A stretch of DNA of 64,000 bases from Waterburya sp. (GCA_965217895.1 CBDCJV010000002.1:2368001-2432000), one strand, 5' to 3'. Shown: positions 39,768-50,661, counted from the stretch's first letter. Program-made: numbers and translations. Notes: generated by a model not told the origin, from the letters alone.

Positions 39768-40379
39768 ATGACTCATTCTCAAGATGTAACCACTCTTGCC
39801 CGCTGGATGGCATCAGACTTTAGTAATCAAGCACAAGCCTATGCCAATCCACCATTTTTTGCTCATATCCGCGTCTGTATGCGTCCTTTGCCAGACGATT
39901 TACTCGATGGTACTAGCTTATTTCTAGAACAGGCCTACGATTTTATGCTCAATCAACCCTATCGTTTACGAGTAATTAAATTGAAGGTAGTAGGCGATCG
40001 CCTTGAACTAGAAAACTATAAGGTAAAAGAACAAGAGAAATTTTTTGGTGCGTCACGCAATCTAGATTTATTAAATACATTAACTGCCAATCTGATTGAG
40101 AAAATGGAAGGGTGTGATATGGACGTGACCTGGACTGGCAGCAGTTTCCAAGGTGAAATAAAGCCAGGCAAAGCCTGTATTGTTGAACGTGAGGGCAAAA
40201 TAACTTATTTAGATAACAGCTTTGAGATTACTAATAATAAACTTATCAGCTATGACAGAGGACGAGATCCTGAAACCGATCGGCTAATTTGGGGATCGGT
40301 GGCAGGCCCATTTGAATTTACTCCTTTGCAAAGTTTTGCTGAAGAAGTAACCTCCCTCCAGAACAAAAGCGCGATTTAA
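39768..40379 (+). CDS. cpcT: Phycobiliprotein lyase CpcT/CpeT
   Basis: FSNQAQAYANPPFFAHI, PYRLRV, SYDRGRDPET..WGS. Confidence 0.9.
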   Translation: MTHSQDVTTLARWMASDFSNQAQAYANPPFFAHIRVCMRPLPDDLLDGTSLFLEQAYDFMLNQPYRLRVIKLKVVGDRLELENYKVKEQEKFFGASRNLDLLNTLTANLIEKMEGCDMDVTWTGSSFQGEIKPGKACIVEREGKITYLDNSFEITNNKLISYDRGRDPETDRLIWGSVAGPFEFTPLQSFAEEVTSLQNKSAI

Positions 40380-40444
40380 GCTCAATATTCCTCAGACTGA
40401 TAAACTATTCTTGAATACATTTTTATTAAGGAACAGCTTGCACT

Positions 40445-41293
40445 TTGCCAGAACTGCCAGAAGTAGAAACCGTTCGCCGAGGCTTAAACAAATTAACTGT
40501 TAAACAGCCGGTTCAAGAAGTCGAAGTTCTATTACCCAGAACTTTGGCTTATCCTGCTGAGATCGAAGAATTTGGGCAGGGAATTACAGGAATGGCGATC
40601 GCAAGCTGGCAAAGAAGGGGCAAGTACCTTTTGGCACAGCTAGAAAACAACTCTGCCCAACCTGCTGGATGGCTTGGGGTACATCTGCGTATGACAGGAC
40701 AGCTATTATGGGTGCAGCAAGACTCAGCCTTACAAAAGCATACTCGTATTCGCCTGTTGTTTGCTCAAAATAAAGAGCTACGTTTTGTTGACACTCGCAC
40801 CTTTGGTAAAGTTTGGTATGTGCCACCTCATCTAGAAATTGCATCAGTTATTACAGGATTGCAGAAGTTGGGTCCCGAACCTTTTTCTGACGACTTTTCT
40901 CTGGAGTACTTTACCGAGAAATTAAACAATCGTCGCCGTCTAATTAAAACTTTTCTTTTGGATCAAAGTATAGTTGCGGGTATCGGTAATATCTATGCAG
41001 ATGAAGCTTTATTCAAAAGCGGAATTCGACCTGACACAGTGGCAGCCGACTTAACGACCAAACAAATAAAACGTCTTCACTACTCAATCACCGAGGTTTT
41101 ACAAACTTCTATCGACCGAGGCGGTACTACCTTTAGCGATTTTCTCAACTTATTGGGAGTCAGTGGTAACTATGGTGATGCAGCTTTAGTTTATGGCAGA
41201 AAAGCTGAACCCTGTCGCGTTTGTGGCACTTCTATTAAGAAGACGAGGCTGGGAGGGAGATCTGCTCATTTTTGCCCCAGTTGCCAGAATTAA
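40445..41293 (+). CDS. mutM: Formamidopyrimidine-DNA glycosylase
   Basis: PELPEVE, HLRMTG, GIGNIYADE, C-terminal zinc finger. Confidence 0.97.
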   Translation: MPELPEVETVRRGLNKLTVKQPVQEVEVLLPRTLAYPAEIEEFGQGITGMAIASWQRRGKYLLAQLENNSAQPAGWLGVHLRMTGQLLWVQQDSALQKHTRIRLLFAQNKELRFVDTRTFGKVWYVPPHLEIASVITGLQKLGPEPFSDDFSLEYFTEKLNNRRRLIKTFLLDQSIVAGIGNIYADEALFKSGIRPDTVAADLTTKQIKRLHYSITEVLQTSIDRGGTTFSDFLNLLGVSGNYGDAALVYGRKAEPCRVCGTSIKKTRLGGRSAHFCPSCQN

Positions 41294-41492
41294 TCTTCAA
41301 ATTTTAAAATAAAGAAGAGAAGTCGTCATTTGACGGAGATCTTAATTACTCGACTAAAGCCGAGGAAACCTCGATTTATTTCACTCGCTTCCAATGTGAA
41401 AACTGCAAAAAGTCTACTTCCATTTTGCCTTACAACTTTTATTAAGTAACGTTAAGATACCTGTAGCTGATTCTTTTCAGCAATCTTTATCT

Positions 41493-42770
41493 TTGAGAAA
41501 ATTTGTGAAAGCTTGGAAAGTTCTCGAAAAAACCACAAAACAAAAGCTGATTAACCTATTTACAGCAGGATTGCTATTCTGGATCGGCATTACCTTATTG
41601 TTGCCGACTTTACCAACTTATATTCAAGTAATGGGCGGTACTACTCAACAGGTAGGAATAGTAATGAGTTGTTTTGCGATTGGGCTTTTGAGTTCTCGCA
41701 CTTGGTTAGGAAAAGTAGCAGATCGCCGTAGCCGAAAACTAGTGATTTTAATCGGTGCGCTAGTAGCAGCCATAGCCCCGATAGGTTATTTACTGGTTAA
41801 TTCTATAGTTGGTTTAGCAGAAGTTAGGGCTTTTCACGGCATCAGTATCGCCGCTTTTACCATTGGCTATAGTGCTTTGGTAGTAGATTTAGCACCGCTG
41901 CAATATCGAGGAACGTTGATTGGCTATATGAATTTGGTTGTGCCGATTGGAATGTCTGTCGGACCAGCTATGGGGGGATTTTTACAGGCTAGTGGCAAAC
42001 TATTTGTTCGAGATGGTACGGGCTACGAAGTTGTATTTGTAAGCTCAATAATCTGCGGTATTTTAGCTTTTTTATTGGCTAGTCAAATTAAAGAATCAGC
42101 ACTACCAGAAGCAGAATCTCTACAAAAGTTGAGTAACAGTAGGCGAAGTTTTTGGCAGTTAACCAAAGATCCTGGTTTAATTGTGCCAACTATTATTTTA
42201 CTGCTGGTAGGTTTAGTTTTTGGGAGTTTAGTTGCTTTTTTGCCTTTGTATATCAAGGAGCTACAGCTAGATTTTAACGTAGGATTATTCTATACAGCAA
42301 CTGCGATCGCCTCATTTTCAGTCCGACTATTTATTGGTCAAGCAAGCGATCGCTATGGTCGAGGCTTATTTATCAGTGGCGCGCTTGTTTGCTATATTGT
42401 TTCGATGGTGTTGTTGACCCTAGCACGGACTCCCGTCATGTTTCTATTTGCGGCGATCGCCGAAGGAGCAGGAGCAGGAATACTGATTCCTTTGGTTTTA
42501 GCTTTAATTGCCGATCGCTCCTATGCCCAAGAAAGAGGACAGGTTTTTGCCTTGTGTATGGGGGGATTTGACTTAGGAATTGCTCTAGGTGGCTTTACTC
42601 TTGGTTCCTTATCTTTTATCTTGGGAGGTTATCAAGGCATCTTTGCCCTAGCTGCTGTTCTTGCCTTAGTTGCCTTGGTCGTTTTTGTGACCCAAGCAGG
42701 TAAAAACCTCCGTCATTCTCTTTACTTTGCTCTGGGAAAAGCTCAGGATGTTTATGCCCTAAATAAATAG
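41493..42770 (+). CDS. MFS transporter
   Basis: About 12 hydrophobic segments; GKVADRRSRK and GQASDRYGR motifs. Confidence 0.9.
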   Translation: MRKFVKAWKVLEKTTKQKLINLFTAGLLFWIGITLLLPTLPTYIQVMGGTTQQVGIVMSCFAIGLLSSRTWLGKVADRRSRKLVILIGALVAAIAPIGYLLVNSIVGLAEVRAFHGISIAAFTIGYSALVVDLAPLQYRGTLIGYMNLVVPIGMSVGPAMGGFLQASGKLFVRDGTGYEVVFVSSIICGILAFLLASQIKESALPEAESLQKLSNSRRSFWQLTKDPGLIVPTIILLLVGLVFGSLVAFLPLYIKELQLDFNVGLFYTATAIASFSVRLFIGQASDRYGRGLFISGALVCYIVSMVLLTLARTPVMFLFAAIAEGAGAGILIPLVLALIADRSYAQERGQVFALCMGGFDLGIALGGFTLGSLSFILGGYQGIFALAAVLALVALVVFVTQAGKNLRHSLYFALGKAQDVYALNK

Positions 42771-42866
42771 TTGAACAAAATTGAATTTAACGTTGATGCT
42801 CAAAGTCAGAGGTCAGAGGTCAGAGGTCAGTAATAATTAGCTGTAGTTGCTTCTGTCCATGTACTT
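42764..42866. mobile_element. ~100-bp MITE (empty copy of the 45466-45643 family)
   Basis: Reverse complement aligns with 45466-45643; internal (GTCAGAG)n heptamers; overlaps the MFS stop codon. Confidence 0.75.
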
Positions 42867-42873
42867 CAGCCCG

Positions 42874-43170
42874 TTATTCTTGTTCTAAAGAATTAGACTG
42901 TACTGACCCCAACTGTTGTCTAACATCATCAATTGCCAAATTCAATTGAGCAATTTTGTCTTCTAAACCATGACGAGCTAGTTCAATACTCTCTTCACTA
43001 TCAAAAGATGTTGCTTTACCACTGCGTAAAATTGTCTTATCTTGTTCTACAATTTGTTTCTCGCTGCGATTTGCCAGTGCTGTCCCCAGCAGTCCGCCAA
43101 CAACACCGCCAATAATTGAACCGAAAATAAATCCACTGCCAAAACCATTCTGCTGACTCATAGTAATCAA
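42874..43170 (-). CDS. Conserved cyanobacterial small membrane-anchored protein
   Basis: GFGSGFIFGSIIGGVVGG..IELARHGLEDKIAQLNLAIDDVR; downstream of upp. Confidence 0.85.
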   Translation of the reverse strand: MITMSQQNGFGSGFIFGSIIGGVVGGLLGTALANRSEKQIVEQDKTILRSGKATSFDSEESIELARHGLEDKIAQLNLAIDDVRQQLGSVQSNSLEQE

Positions 43171-43204
43171 ACTACTTAATACTGTTTATTTGAAGTTTGG
43201 TAAT

Positions 43205-43855
43205 TTAAGTGCCAAAAGCGCGATCGCCTGCATCCCCTAGACCAGGAACTATATATCCTTTGCTGTTTAATCCTTCATCGATAGTAGCCGTGTAAATTTC
43301 TAGTCCAGGATAATTTTCGCTCAACTGTCTAAGAGCAGGAGGAGCAGCAACCACGGAGACAATCCGAATAAACTCAGGTTCGACACCTCGACTAACAATC
43401 TCCTTCATTGCCATCATAATCGATCCTCCCGTGGCTAGCATCGGTTCAAGAATGACGATTCTTGCTTGGGGGTTAAAGCGATCGGGTAATTTGTTTAAAT
43501 AACACTCAGGTTCGAGAGTTGATTCATTGCGCACCAAACCTAAATGATAAATCCCTGCCAAAGGCAGAATTTGTTGCACTCCATCTAACAATACCAAACC
43601 TGCTCGTAGAATTGGTACTATTCCCACGGGCATCTCAGGGTTAATAAATGTGGCAGAGCATTCTTTTAAGGGGGTTTGGACTACTGTATCTAAAGTAGGC
43701 AGCCAATTCCTAGTCGCTTCATAGGTCAACCATCGTCCTAATTCCGTCATTGCACTTTTGAACAGCACAGAAGGCGTATTAGCGTCTCGTGCAACCGCCA
43801 GCCAATGTTTAATCAAAGGGTGTTCTGGAACATAAACTCGCAGTTGTAAAGTCAT
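43205..43855 (-). CDS. upp: Uracil phosphoribosyltransferase
   Basis: VPILRAG, PMLATGGS, GYIVPGLGDAGDRAFGT. Confidence 0.97.
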   Translation of the reverse strand: MTLQLRVYVPEHPLIKHWLAVARDANTPSVLFKSAMTELGRWLTYEATRNWLPTLDTVVQTPLKECSATFINPEMPVGIVPILRAGLVLLDGVQQILPLAGIYHLGLVRNESTLEPECYLNKLPDRFNPQARIVILEPMLATGGSIMMAMKEIVSRGVEPEFIRIVSVVAAPPALRQLSENYPGLEIYTATIDEGLNSKGYIVPGLGDAGDRAFGT

Positions 43856-43983
43856 ATTGGCAAAATATTCTGTGCTGAGAAACGTTGAACTTACAGCCAG
43901 ATTAGCATTTCATAGCCATTCTACAAACCTGCGTCAGCTTTTAAATTTAATTCTGCCTAATATTTTACTGGTAAAAATACCAA

Positions 43984-44196
43984 TTAAATCGATCTACATC
44001 TTTGATCGATCCAAAGTTTAGCTTTACGAATAGCATCTATGCTGCTCATAGCAAAAGGTACAGCTACAGCACAGCCTTGTTCATGATTGACCCATGCTGC
44101 ATAGATACAGTGTCCATCTAATTCGTCACGGTCTATTTCTACTTTGCAGCCACGATAAGCAAAAGAGAGAATAATATGAGGATAATTAGGCTTCAT
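43984..44196 (-). CDS. Small conserved hypothetical protein
   Basis: 70-aa ORF with YRGCKVEI..IYAAWV..GCAVAVP. Confidence 0.65.
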   Translation of the reverse strand: MKPNYPHIILSFAYRGCKVEIDRDELDGHCIYAAWVNHEQGCAVAVPFAMSSIDAIRKAKLWIDQRCRSI

Positions 44197-44448
44197 TATG
44201 GTTGTTCAAAAAACAAAATTGACAGTATCGAATCAAATGATTGTTGATAGGTAAACTATTTACACGCTCGAATTAGCGACTCGTCTAAGTTTTACTGGTT
44301 TTGTTTCTCGCTTCAACAATTTCCCAAACTTCGTGCCATCTATTAATAATTATGCGCTTCATTTTGTTTGATTGCCATTGAGGAATACCACGGGTTTGAG
44401 AGTTTTTGAATTTAGTCATGATACTTATTTGTTAAATATGAATCAAAT

Positions 44449-44485
44449 GAGCGGATATAGAGTTAAATGTCTGAAATATCCGCTC
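44449..44485 (-). terminator. Hairpin downstream of sodB
   Basis: GAGCGGATAT/ATATCCGCTC stem. Confidence 0.5.
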
Positions 44486-44501
44486 TTGTTTTAATTTCTA
44501 C

Positions 44502-45101
44502 TTAAACAGCAGCCAAATTTTGAGCCACAAAATCCCAATTGACTAATTTTCCGAGAAAATCATCGATATAAGCAGGACGTTTATTTTGATAATCGAGATA
44601 GTAGGCGTGTTCCCAAACATCCATAGTTAGTAGAGGAACTTGTTCGCTGGTTAAGGGATTATCAGCATTCAGAGTTTTAGTAACTTTGAGTGTATCGCCG
44701 TCTAAAACTAGCCACGCCCAACCACTGCCAAACTGAGTTGCACCTGCGTTTTTAAAAGCTTCGACAAATTTGTCAAAACTACCAAAGTCAGCCTCAATTT
44801 TCTGAGCTAATTCTCCTGTAGGAGTACCACCGCCATCGGGTTTCATACATTGCCAATAAAAAGTATGATTCCAAGCTTGGGCAGCATTATTAAATAGTCC
44901 AGCTTTGTTAGCATCTTGGGCGATCGCTTTGATGACCTCTTCAATAGATTGGCTATCTAATTCTGTTCCTTTTACTGCGTCATTATATTTACTAACGTAG
45001 GCAGCGTGATGCTTGTCGTGATGGAATTCTAAGGTGTCTTGAGAAATAGATGGTTCTAAAGCCTTGTAATCGTAAGGAAGAGATGGTAATTCGTAAGCCA
45101 T
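44502..45101 (-). CDS. sodB: Fe superoxide dismutase
   Basis: HHDKHHAAY, FNNAAQAWNH, FGSGW, DVWEHAYY. Confidence 0.95.
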   Translation of the reverse strand: MAYELPSLPYDYKALEPSISQDTLEFHHDKHHAAYVSKYNDAVKGTELDSQSIEEVIKAIAQDANKAGLFNNAAQAWNHTFYWQCMKPDGGGTPTGELAQKIEADFGSFDKFVEAFKNAGATQFGSGWAWLVLDGDTLKVTKTLNADNPLTSEQVPLLTMDVWEHAYYLDYQNKRPAYIDDFLGKLVNWDFVAQNLAAV

Positions 45102-45333
45102 TTTTGTTTGTTCTCCTCTCGCTATAAAAAATTGCGTTAGTCAAATATCTGGAACATTGCTTTTGTTATTAGCGTAATTTTGGCAGCAAATAACAGGTGT
45201 TAAGCCTATTTCCAGTCCTTTTGCTGATATTACCGTAGTTTTGATTAATAAAAAATGCTCATCCCCAGGAGGGGGAATCAAATGTTTTGAGGCAAGACCA
45301 ACTGAGATTAACCCTGCTGCTAAATCTTGCTGA

Positions 45334-45467
45334 TACCAAGTCGCTTTCAAAGAGACAAGATTATCTCGCGCAAAGACGCAATTCGAGCATTCCCTTGCGC
45401 CTGACGGCGACGCGGGGTCTCGAAAAAGACGCAAAGAAAAAATTACAGGTTTGAATGCAACTCGGTA
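45334..45467. mobile_element. MITE with nested hairpin insert
   Basis: Imperfect TIRs TACCAAGTCGCTTTCAAA / TTTGAATGCAACTCGGTA; hairpin at 45382-45424. Confidence 0.7.
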
Positions 45468-45643
45468 AGTACATGGACAGAAATAACTACAGCTAATTGT
45501 TAATGAAGTAAGAAGTAAGAAGTAAAAAGTAACTGACCTCTGACCTGAAGCAAGCGATCATCAACAGCGAGACTTGCCCTTGCGCCTGAAGGCGACGCGG
45601 GCTTCCTCGCTCAACGTTGAATTTAATTTTGTCCAACTACTTA
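45466..45643. mobile_element. MITE with heptamer repeats and a nested 50-bp insert
   Basis: TIRs TAAGTACATGGACA / TGTCCAACTACTTA; insert 45565-45614 absent from the copy at 42764. Confidence 0.8.
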
Positions 45644-45789
45644 TGAACACTTTACTGAAGGCGATCGCTCGGCTACGCTTTTTTTGATCTATTTTTGATC
45701 TATATAGAATGAAAATGTTTTTTAAATGTATTGTAATTCATTTAAAATTCAACTAAAATTAAAACTCAAATAAATCAAGTCGTAAATTT

Positions 45790-46848
45790 ATGATTAAAAG
45801 CAAGCGATTTATCGGTTGGATGTTAGCAGAGCTGATCGCTAGCGGTGCGATCGCTAGTTGTTCTTCTTCCCGTGAAGCTAGTAATGGTAGCCAAGCTCAA
45901 GCACAAGAGCCAGAAGAAGCTAAGCTGACTTTAGTTTCCTACGCAGTTACTCAAAGTGCTTATGAAAAAATAATTCCTAAATTTACCCAACAGTGGAAAG
46001 CCAAAACTGGTCAAGATGTAGTGTTCGAGCAAAGTTATGGCGGTTCTGGTTCGCAAACTCGCGCTGTAATTGATGGTTTGGAAGCAGATGTTGTAGCCTT
46101 GGCATTAGCTTTAGATACCAAAAAGATTGAAGAAGCAGGATTAATCAAACCAAACTGGGAACAAGAACTACCTAATGAATCGATCGCCCATAAATCCGTA
46201 GTAGCAATAGTCAAGCGAGATGATAGCGTCAAGGTATCTAAATGGTCTGATTTAGCAAATAAAGGGATTGAAGTAATTACCGCTAATCCAAAAACCTCTG
46301 GTGGTGCGAGATGGAATTATCTGGCTCTCTGGGGTTCTATAACCCAGGCTGGGGGAAGCCAGCAAAAAGCAGAAGCCTTTACCGAAAAAATATTTGCCAA
46401 CGCTCCTGTATTACCTGAAGATGCCCGCGAATCGAGTGATGTTTTCTATCAACAGGGACAGGGTAATGTCTTAATTAATTACGAAAACGAAGTCTTACTA
46501 GCTAAACAAAAAGGCGAAACATTGCCTTACATTATTCCTACCGATTACAACATTTCAATTGATAGTCCAGTAGCGGTAGTCGATGCCAATGTGGATAAGC
46601 ACGGTACAAGAGAAGTTGCTGAGGCTTTTACTGAATTTCTTTTTACTCCTGAAGCACAACAAGAATTCGCTCAAGCTGGCTTTCGTCCGATCGAAACAAC
46701 TGTCAACAAAGAATTTACCAAACAATATCCCGCAATCAACAAACTATTTACCGTCAAGGATTTAGGTGGTTGGGACAAAATCCAGGGGCAATTTTTTGAT
46801 GATGGTGCAGAGTTCGACAAAATGATGACCAAAATCAATCAAAAATAG
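45790..46848 (+). CDS. sbp: Sulfate ABC transporter substrate-binding protein
   Basis: LVSYAV, QSYGGSGSQ, NPKTSGGARWN, YENE. Confidence 0.95.
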   Translation: MIKSKRFIGWMLAELIASGAIASCSSSREASNGSQAQAQEPEEAKLTLVSYAVTQSAYEKIIPKFTQQWKAKTGQDVVFEQSYGGSGSQTRAVIDGLEADVVALALALDTKKIEEAGLIKPNWEQELPNESIAHKSVVAIVKRDDSVKVSKWSDLANKGIEVITANPKTSGGARWNYLALWGSITQAGGSQQKAEAFTEKIFANAPVLPEDARESSDVFYQQGQGNVLINYENEVLLAKQKGETLPYIIPTDYNISIDSPVAVVDANVDKHGTREVAEAFTEFLFTPEAQQEFAQAGFRPIETTVNKEFTKQYPAINKLFTVKDLGGWDKIQGQFFDDGAEFDKMMTKINQK

Positions 46849-46896
46849 TTTTAAGCATCAATTAATTCTACTTAGCAAAAATATTCAGGTGCAATT

Positions 46897-47184
46897 ATGA
46901 AAAACCAAAAATCGAATCTACAACAATACTGTGAAAATCTTGACTCTTTGAGGGTCAAATTGGCTCTTAAAATTCCCAAGCATAATTTTTCTGAGTTGAT
47001 GCTATGGAATATAGCTCAGGTCACAATGGTAGATTTACAAATTATTTCCAAGTTACCAGGAATCAATAGCGATCGCTTTGACTGGTATTTGGTAGAAGTT
47101 TTAGGAACATTTGACGATTTGTTTTTGACAATTAATTGCTGGGAGGAACTGGGAGTCGAAAAATGTTTGCCAATTTTATCTTGA
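46897..47184 (+). CDS. Small protein in the sulfate operon (NIL-domain-like)
   Basis: Position between sbp and cysT; LKIPK..WYLVEVLGT..ELGVE pattern. Confidence 0.55.
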   Translation: MKNQKSNLQQYCENLDSLRVKLALKIPKHNFSELMLWNIAQVTMVDLQIISKLPGINSDRFDWYLVEVLGTFDDLFLTINCWEELGVEKCLPILS

Positions 47185-47205
47185 TAGTTGCGTAGGTACA
47201 TAATT

Positions 47206-48060
47206 ATGAATAGTCTTCAATTCAACCAGTTATTAACGCGCCACCATAAGCAAATCAACTCCAAGAAAATCTCGCTTCCTTGGGTAATGACCGTCGGCTA
47301 TTTGAGCTTAATTCTAATCTTGCCCTTAGCAGCTTTAATTACCAAGTCTCTAAGTATTGGCACGGTTGAATTTTGGCAAACTGCCACCGATCCTGTCGCC
47401 CTGTCTGCTTATGAAGTAACCTTTGTCACGGCATTAGCTGCGGGGATAATTAACGGCATTATGGGAACTCTGGTTGCTTGGATTTTAGTCCGCTATCAAT
47501 TTCCTGGCAAAAAAATTGTCGATGGCGCGATCGATATTCCCTTTGCCTTACCTACTTCTGTAGCTGGTTTAGTTCTAGCGACTATCTATAGCAATCATGG
47601 CTGGATTGGACAATTCTTTGCACCCTTCGGCATCAAAATTGCTTTCACTAGACTGGGGGTGTTTGTGGCAATGCTGTTTATTTCTTTACCTTTTATTGTC
47701 CGCACTTTACAGCCAGTCTTACTCGAACTCGAACCAGAAATCGAACAGGCAGCTTGGTCTTTAGGTGCGTCGGACTCTCAAACCTTTTGGCGAGTTATAT
47801 TACCGCCATTAATTCCCCCAATTTTAACAGGGGTGGCTTTAGGTTTTTCGCGGGCGGTAGGAGAATACGGTTCGGTAGTTATGGTGGCATCGAGCATTCC
47901 TTTTAAAGATTTAATTGCGCCTGTTCTAGTGTTCCAAAAATTAGAACAGTATGATTACGTTGGGGCTACGGTAATTGGTACAGTGCTGCTGTTGGTTTCT
48001 TTAATACTCTTGTTGCTCATCAATCTTTTACAGCAGTGGAGTCGTCGCTATGCTCGCTAA
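47206..48060 (+). CDS. cysT: Sulfate ABC permease CysT
   Basis: LVRYQFPGK, DIPFALPTSVAG, FSRAVGEYGS. Confidence 0.95.
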   Translation: MNSLQFNQLLTRHHKQINSKKISLPWVMTVGYLSLILILPLAALITKSLSIGTVEFWQTATDPVALSAYEVTFVTALAAGIINGIMGTLVAWILVRYQFPGKKIVDGAIDIPFALPTSVAGLVLATIYSNHGWIGQFFAPFGIKIAFTRLGVFVAMLFISLPFIVRTLQPVLLELEPEIEQAAWSLGASDSQTFWRVILPPLIPPILTGVALGFSRAVGEYGSVVMVASSIPFKDLIAPVLVFQKLEQYDYVGATVIGTVLLLVSLILLLLINLLQQWSRRYAR

Positions 48061-48853
48061 ACCTAAATTATCAGCAGTACTTTTACCGATCGCCTTAATC
48101 TATCTATCGCTATTGTTACTAATACCAGCGATCGCCATCTTCTATGAAGCTTTTCATCAGGGCATCAATGTCTTTTTAACCTCGGTCAATCAACGAGACT
48201 TTTGGCAAGCTACGATTTTAACTTTAATTGTTACCGCGATCGCCGTTCCCATTAATACGCTCTTTGGTCTTTGTGCTGCTTGGGTAATCGGTCGCAATCA
48301 GTTTCGCGGTCGTACTTTATTACTCAGTATTATCGACCTTCCCTTCTCAATTTCTCCCGTTGTCGCAGGCTTAACTATCGTTCTGCTTTATGGCAAAAAT
48401 GGCTGGCTGGGCAATTTACTGGAAAGCTCAAACATTAAGATTTTGTTTGCTATCCCAGGAATTGTTTTGGCGACTGCCTTTGTTACTTTACCTTTTGTTG
48501 CCCGCGAAGTCATTCCTATTTTAGAAGAAATCGGCGAAGAACAAGAAACTGCTGCCCGTACTTTGGGTGCGAGTGATTGGCAGGTTTTTTCCCGCGTTAC
48601 TCTACCTAATATTCGCTGGGGCTTGCTTTATGGTATTTTACTGACCAACGCTAGAGCCATGGGTGAATTTGGGGCGGTATCGGTAGTATCTGGCAGTATT
48701 TTGGGTAAAACAGCTACTTTATCGATTTTTGTCGAACAGGCTTATAAAAACTATCAGGCAGAATCTGCTTTTGGTGCAGCAGCTATTTTGGCTTCACTCG
48801 GCGTATTAACTTTGATTTTCAAAGAAATACTCGAAACAAAAACCCATCATTAA
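48050..48853 (+). CDS. cysW: Sulfate ABC permease CysW
   Basis: DLPFSISPVVAG, TNARAMGEFGAVSVVSG. Confidence 0.95.
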   Translation: MLAKPKLSAVLLPIALIYLSLLLLIPAIAIFYEAFHQGINVFLTSVNQRDFWQATILTLIVTAIAVPINTLFGLCAAWVIGRNQFRGRTLLLSIIDLPFSISPVVAGLTIVLLYGKNGWLGNLLESSNIKILFAIPGIVLATAFVTLPFVAREVIPILEEIGEEQETAARTLGASDWQVFSRVTLPNIRWGLLYGILLTNARAMGEFGAVSVVSGSILGKTATLSIFVEQAYKNYQAESAFGAAAILASLGVLTLIFKEILETKTHH

Positions 48854-48926
48854 AAAGCTAATAGCTAATAGCTAACAGCTACGAATAATCTAACTATCAA
48901 TTTAGACCTTAAATCAACAACGTCTC

Positions 48927-49973
48927 ATGAGCATTACAATCTCTCAGGTATCCAAGAAATTTGGTAACTTTCAAGCTTTAAATAACATCGATTTAAACGT
49001 TGAACCTGGAATCTTAGTCGCTTTACTCGGTCCTTCAGGTTCGGGCAAATCTACTTTACTCCGAACGATCGCTGGTTTGGAAACTCCCGATCGCGGTAAG
49101 GTTCAGATTGGCGATCGCGATACCACTCATCTTGATATTAGAAAGCGCAATATCGGTTTTGTCTTTCAACACTATGCTTTATTTAAACATCTAACAGTCA
49201 GACAAAATATTTCTTTTGGGCTAGATATCCGTAAAAAACCTCGTAAAGTTATTAAACAGAGAGTCAACGAACTATTAGAACTAATCCAGCTTCAAGGTTT
49301 TGGCGATCGCTATCCCAGTCAGCTTTCTGGTGGGCAAAGACAGCGTGTGGCACTTGCCCGTGCTTTAGCAGTCCAGCCAGAAGTGTTACTCCTCGACGAA
49401 CCTTTTGGGGCATTAGATGCCAAAGTTAGACAAGAATTACGTAACTGGTTGCGCCGTCTCCATGATGAGGTACATCTTACCAGTATTTTTGTCACTCACG
49501 ATCGCGAAGAAGCAATGGCTGTAGCCGACAAAATTGTGGTTATGAACCAAGGTAGAATCGAACAAATTGGCACCCCAGCAGAAGTATACGAGCATCCAAT
49601 CAATCCTTTTGTGATGGGCTTTGTGGGTGAAGTTAACGTTTTGACTCCCACTAGTCCGATTTTAAGTAATACTTATCAGTCTGGCTCTAACTCACGCTTT
49701 TTCATTCGCCCTCATGATTTTGAAGTCTGGTCAACGCCTCAAAAAAATACTGTTCCTGCAAAAGTTCAACGAATTGTTCATTTGGGCTGGGAAATCCAAT
49801 TAGAGTTAATTCTACTTGATAATTCTTTAGTTACCGTTCATTTGAATCGAGAAAAATTTGCTCGGCTTAACTTACAAGCAGAACAAAAAGTTTATCTTCA
49901 ATCGCTTCAGGTCAAATCTTTTGAGCAATATGAACCAAACTTTCACTCTCCCCAACCAGCAACCGTCAGTTAG
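48927..49973 (+). CDS. cysA: Sulfate ABC ATPase CysA
   Basis: [36 protein letters not shown] tail. Confidence 0.95.
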   Translation: MSITISQVSKKFGNFQALNNIDLNVEPGILVALLGPSGSGKSTLLRTIAGLETPDRGKVQIGDRDTTHLDIRKRNIGFVFQHYALFKHLTVRQNISFGLDIRKKPRKVIKQRVNELLELIQLQGFGDRYPSQLSGGQRQRVALARALAVQPEVLLLDEPFGALDAKVRQELRNWLRRLHDEVHLTSIFVTHDREEAMAVADKIVVMNQGRIEQIGTPAEVYEHPINPFVMGFVGEVNVLTPTSPILSNTYQSGSNSRFFIRPHDFEVWSTPQKNTVPAKVQRIVHLGWEIQLELILLDNSLVTVHLNREKFARLNLQAEQKVYLQSLQVKSFEQYEPNFHSPQPATVS

Positions 49974-50020
49974 TGGTTTAACTTGGCTTTTGGATGTCAA
50001 AGGTGAAATGTAGCAAACCT

Positions 50021-50443
50021 ATGAATATCAAAACAGAAAAAAACCCAGAAAATTTAGCTCAATTGAAACGGAGAAATTCTTCCCGTATTAGAGATCATTT
50101 AGCAAACGAGCGACTTATCTAGCATGGATGCGGACAGCAATCTCTTTGATGGGTTTTGGTGTCGTCATCGTACGTTTGCGCTTTTTTAGACCACCGATAA
50201 CTACTACTCCTGGTAATGGCTGGAAGTTAGGATTAATCTTTTCTTTGGTAGGACTCTCAACAGTACTGCTCTCAACTTATCATTATTTTGCTGTACGTCA
50301 TGATATAGATGAAGATACATACGAACCCGCCCGATCGCTGGGTATTAGTTTTTAGCTTGACCATAGCACTTCTGGGCGCAGGCATTATTTATTATGTTTT
50401 TACTCTGCCTCTCAATCCAATTAATACTCTTATTTTTGAATAA
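50021..50443 (+). pseudogene. DUF202/YidH membrane protein with two frameshifts
   Basis: RDHLANER/TYLAWMRT broken by a 1-nt loss (~50113); EPA/DRWV broken by a 1-nt gain (~50330). Confidence 0.8.
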
Positions 50444-50499
50444 AAGCTGAAATAAATTACCCAAAAAAACATGATTAATAAAAAAGTAGGGGAACTAAG

Positions 50500-50661
50500 A
50501 TGAATCAATGTTTGTGCTGCCGAGATCGCTTGATTAAACATTTAAATCAGACAAGAATGTATTGGTTTTGTCCTTCCTGTTATCAAGAAATGCCAAATGT
50601 CGACGTAATTGCAACAGAATATCCGCAAAAAGTCAGGAAGCAATTGATAGCTCAAAAATAA
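50500..50661 (+). CDS. 53-aa Cys-rich zinc-ribbon-like protein (below ORF-track cutoff)
   Basis: MNQCLCCRDRLIKHLNQTRMYWFCPSCYQEMP...; AGGGGA RBS. Confidence 0.75.
   Translation: MNQCLCCRDRLIKHLNQTRMYWFCPSCYQEMPNVDVIATEYPQKVRKQLIAQK

Noticed and set aside
50021..50443. Two frameshifts in DUF202 as programmed recoding
   Set aside because: No slippery motif; simple decay or sequencing error is more likely.
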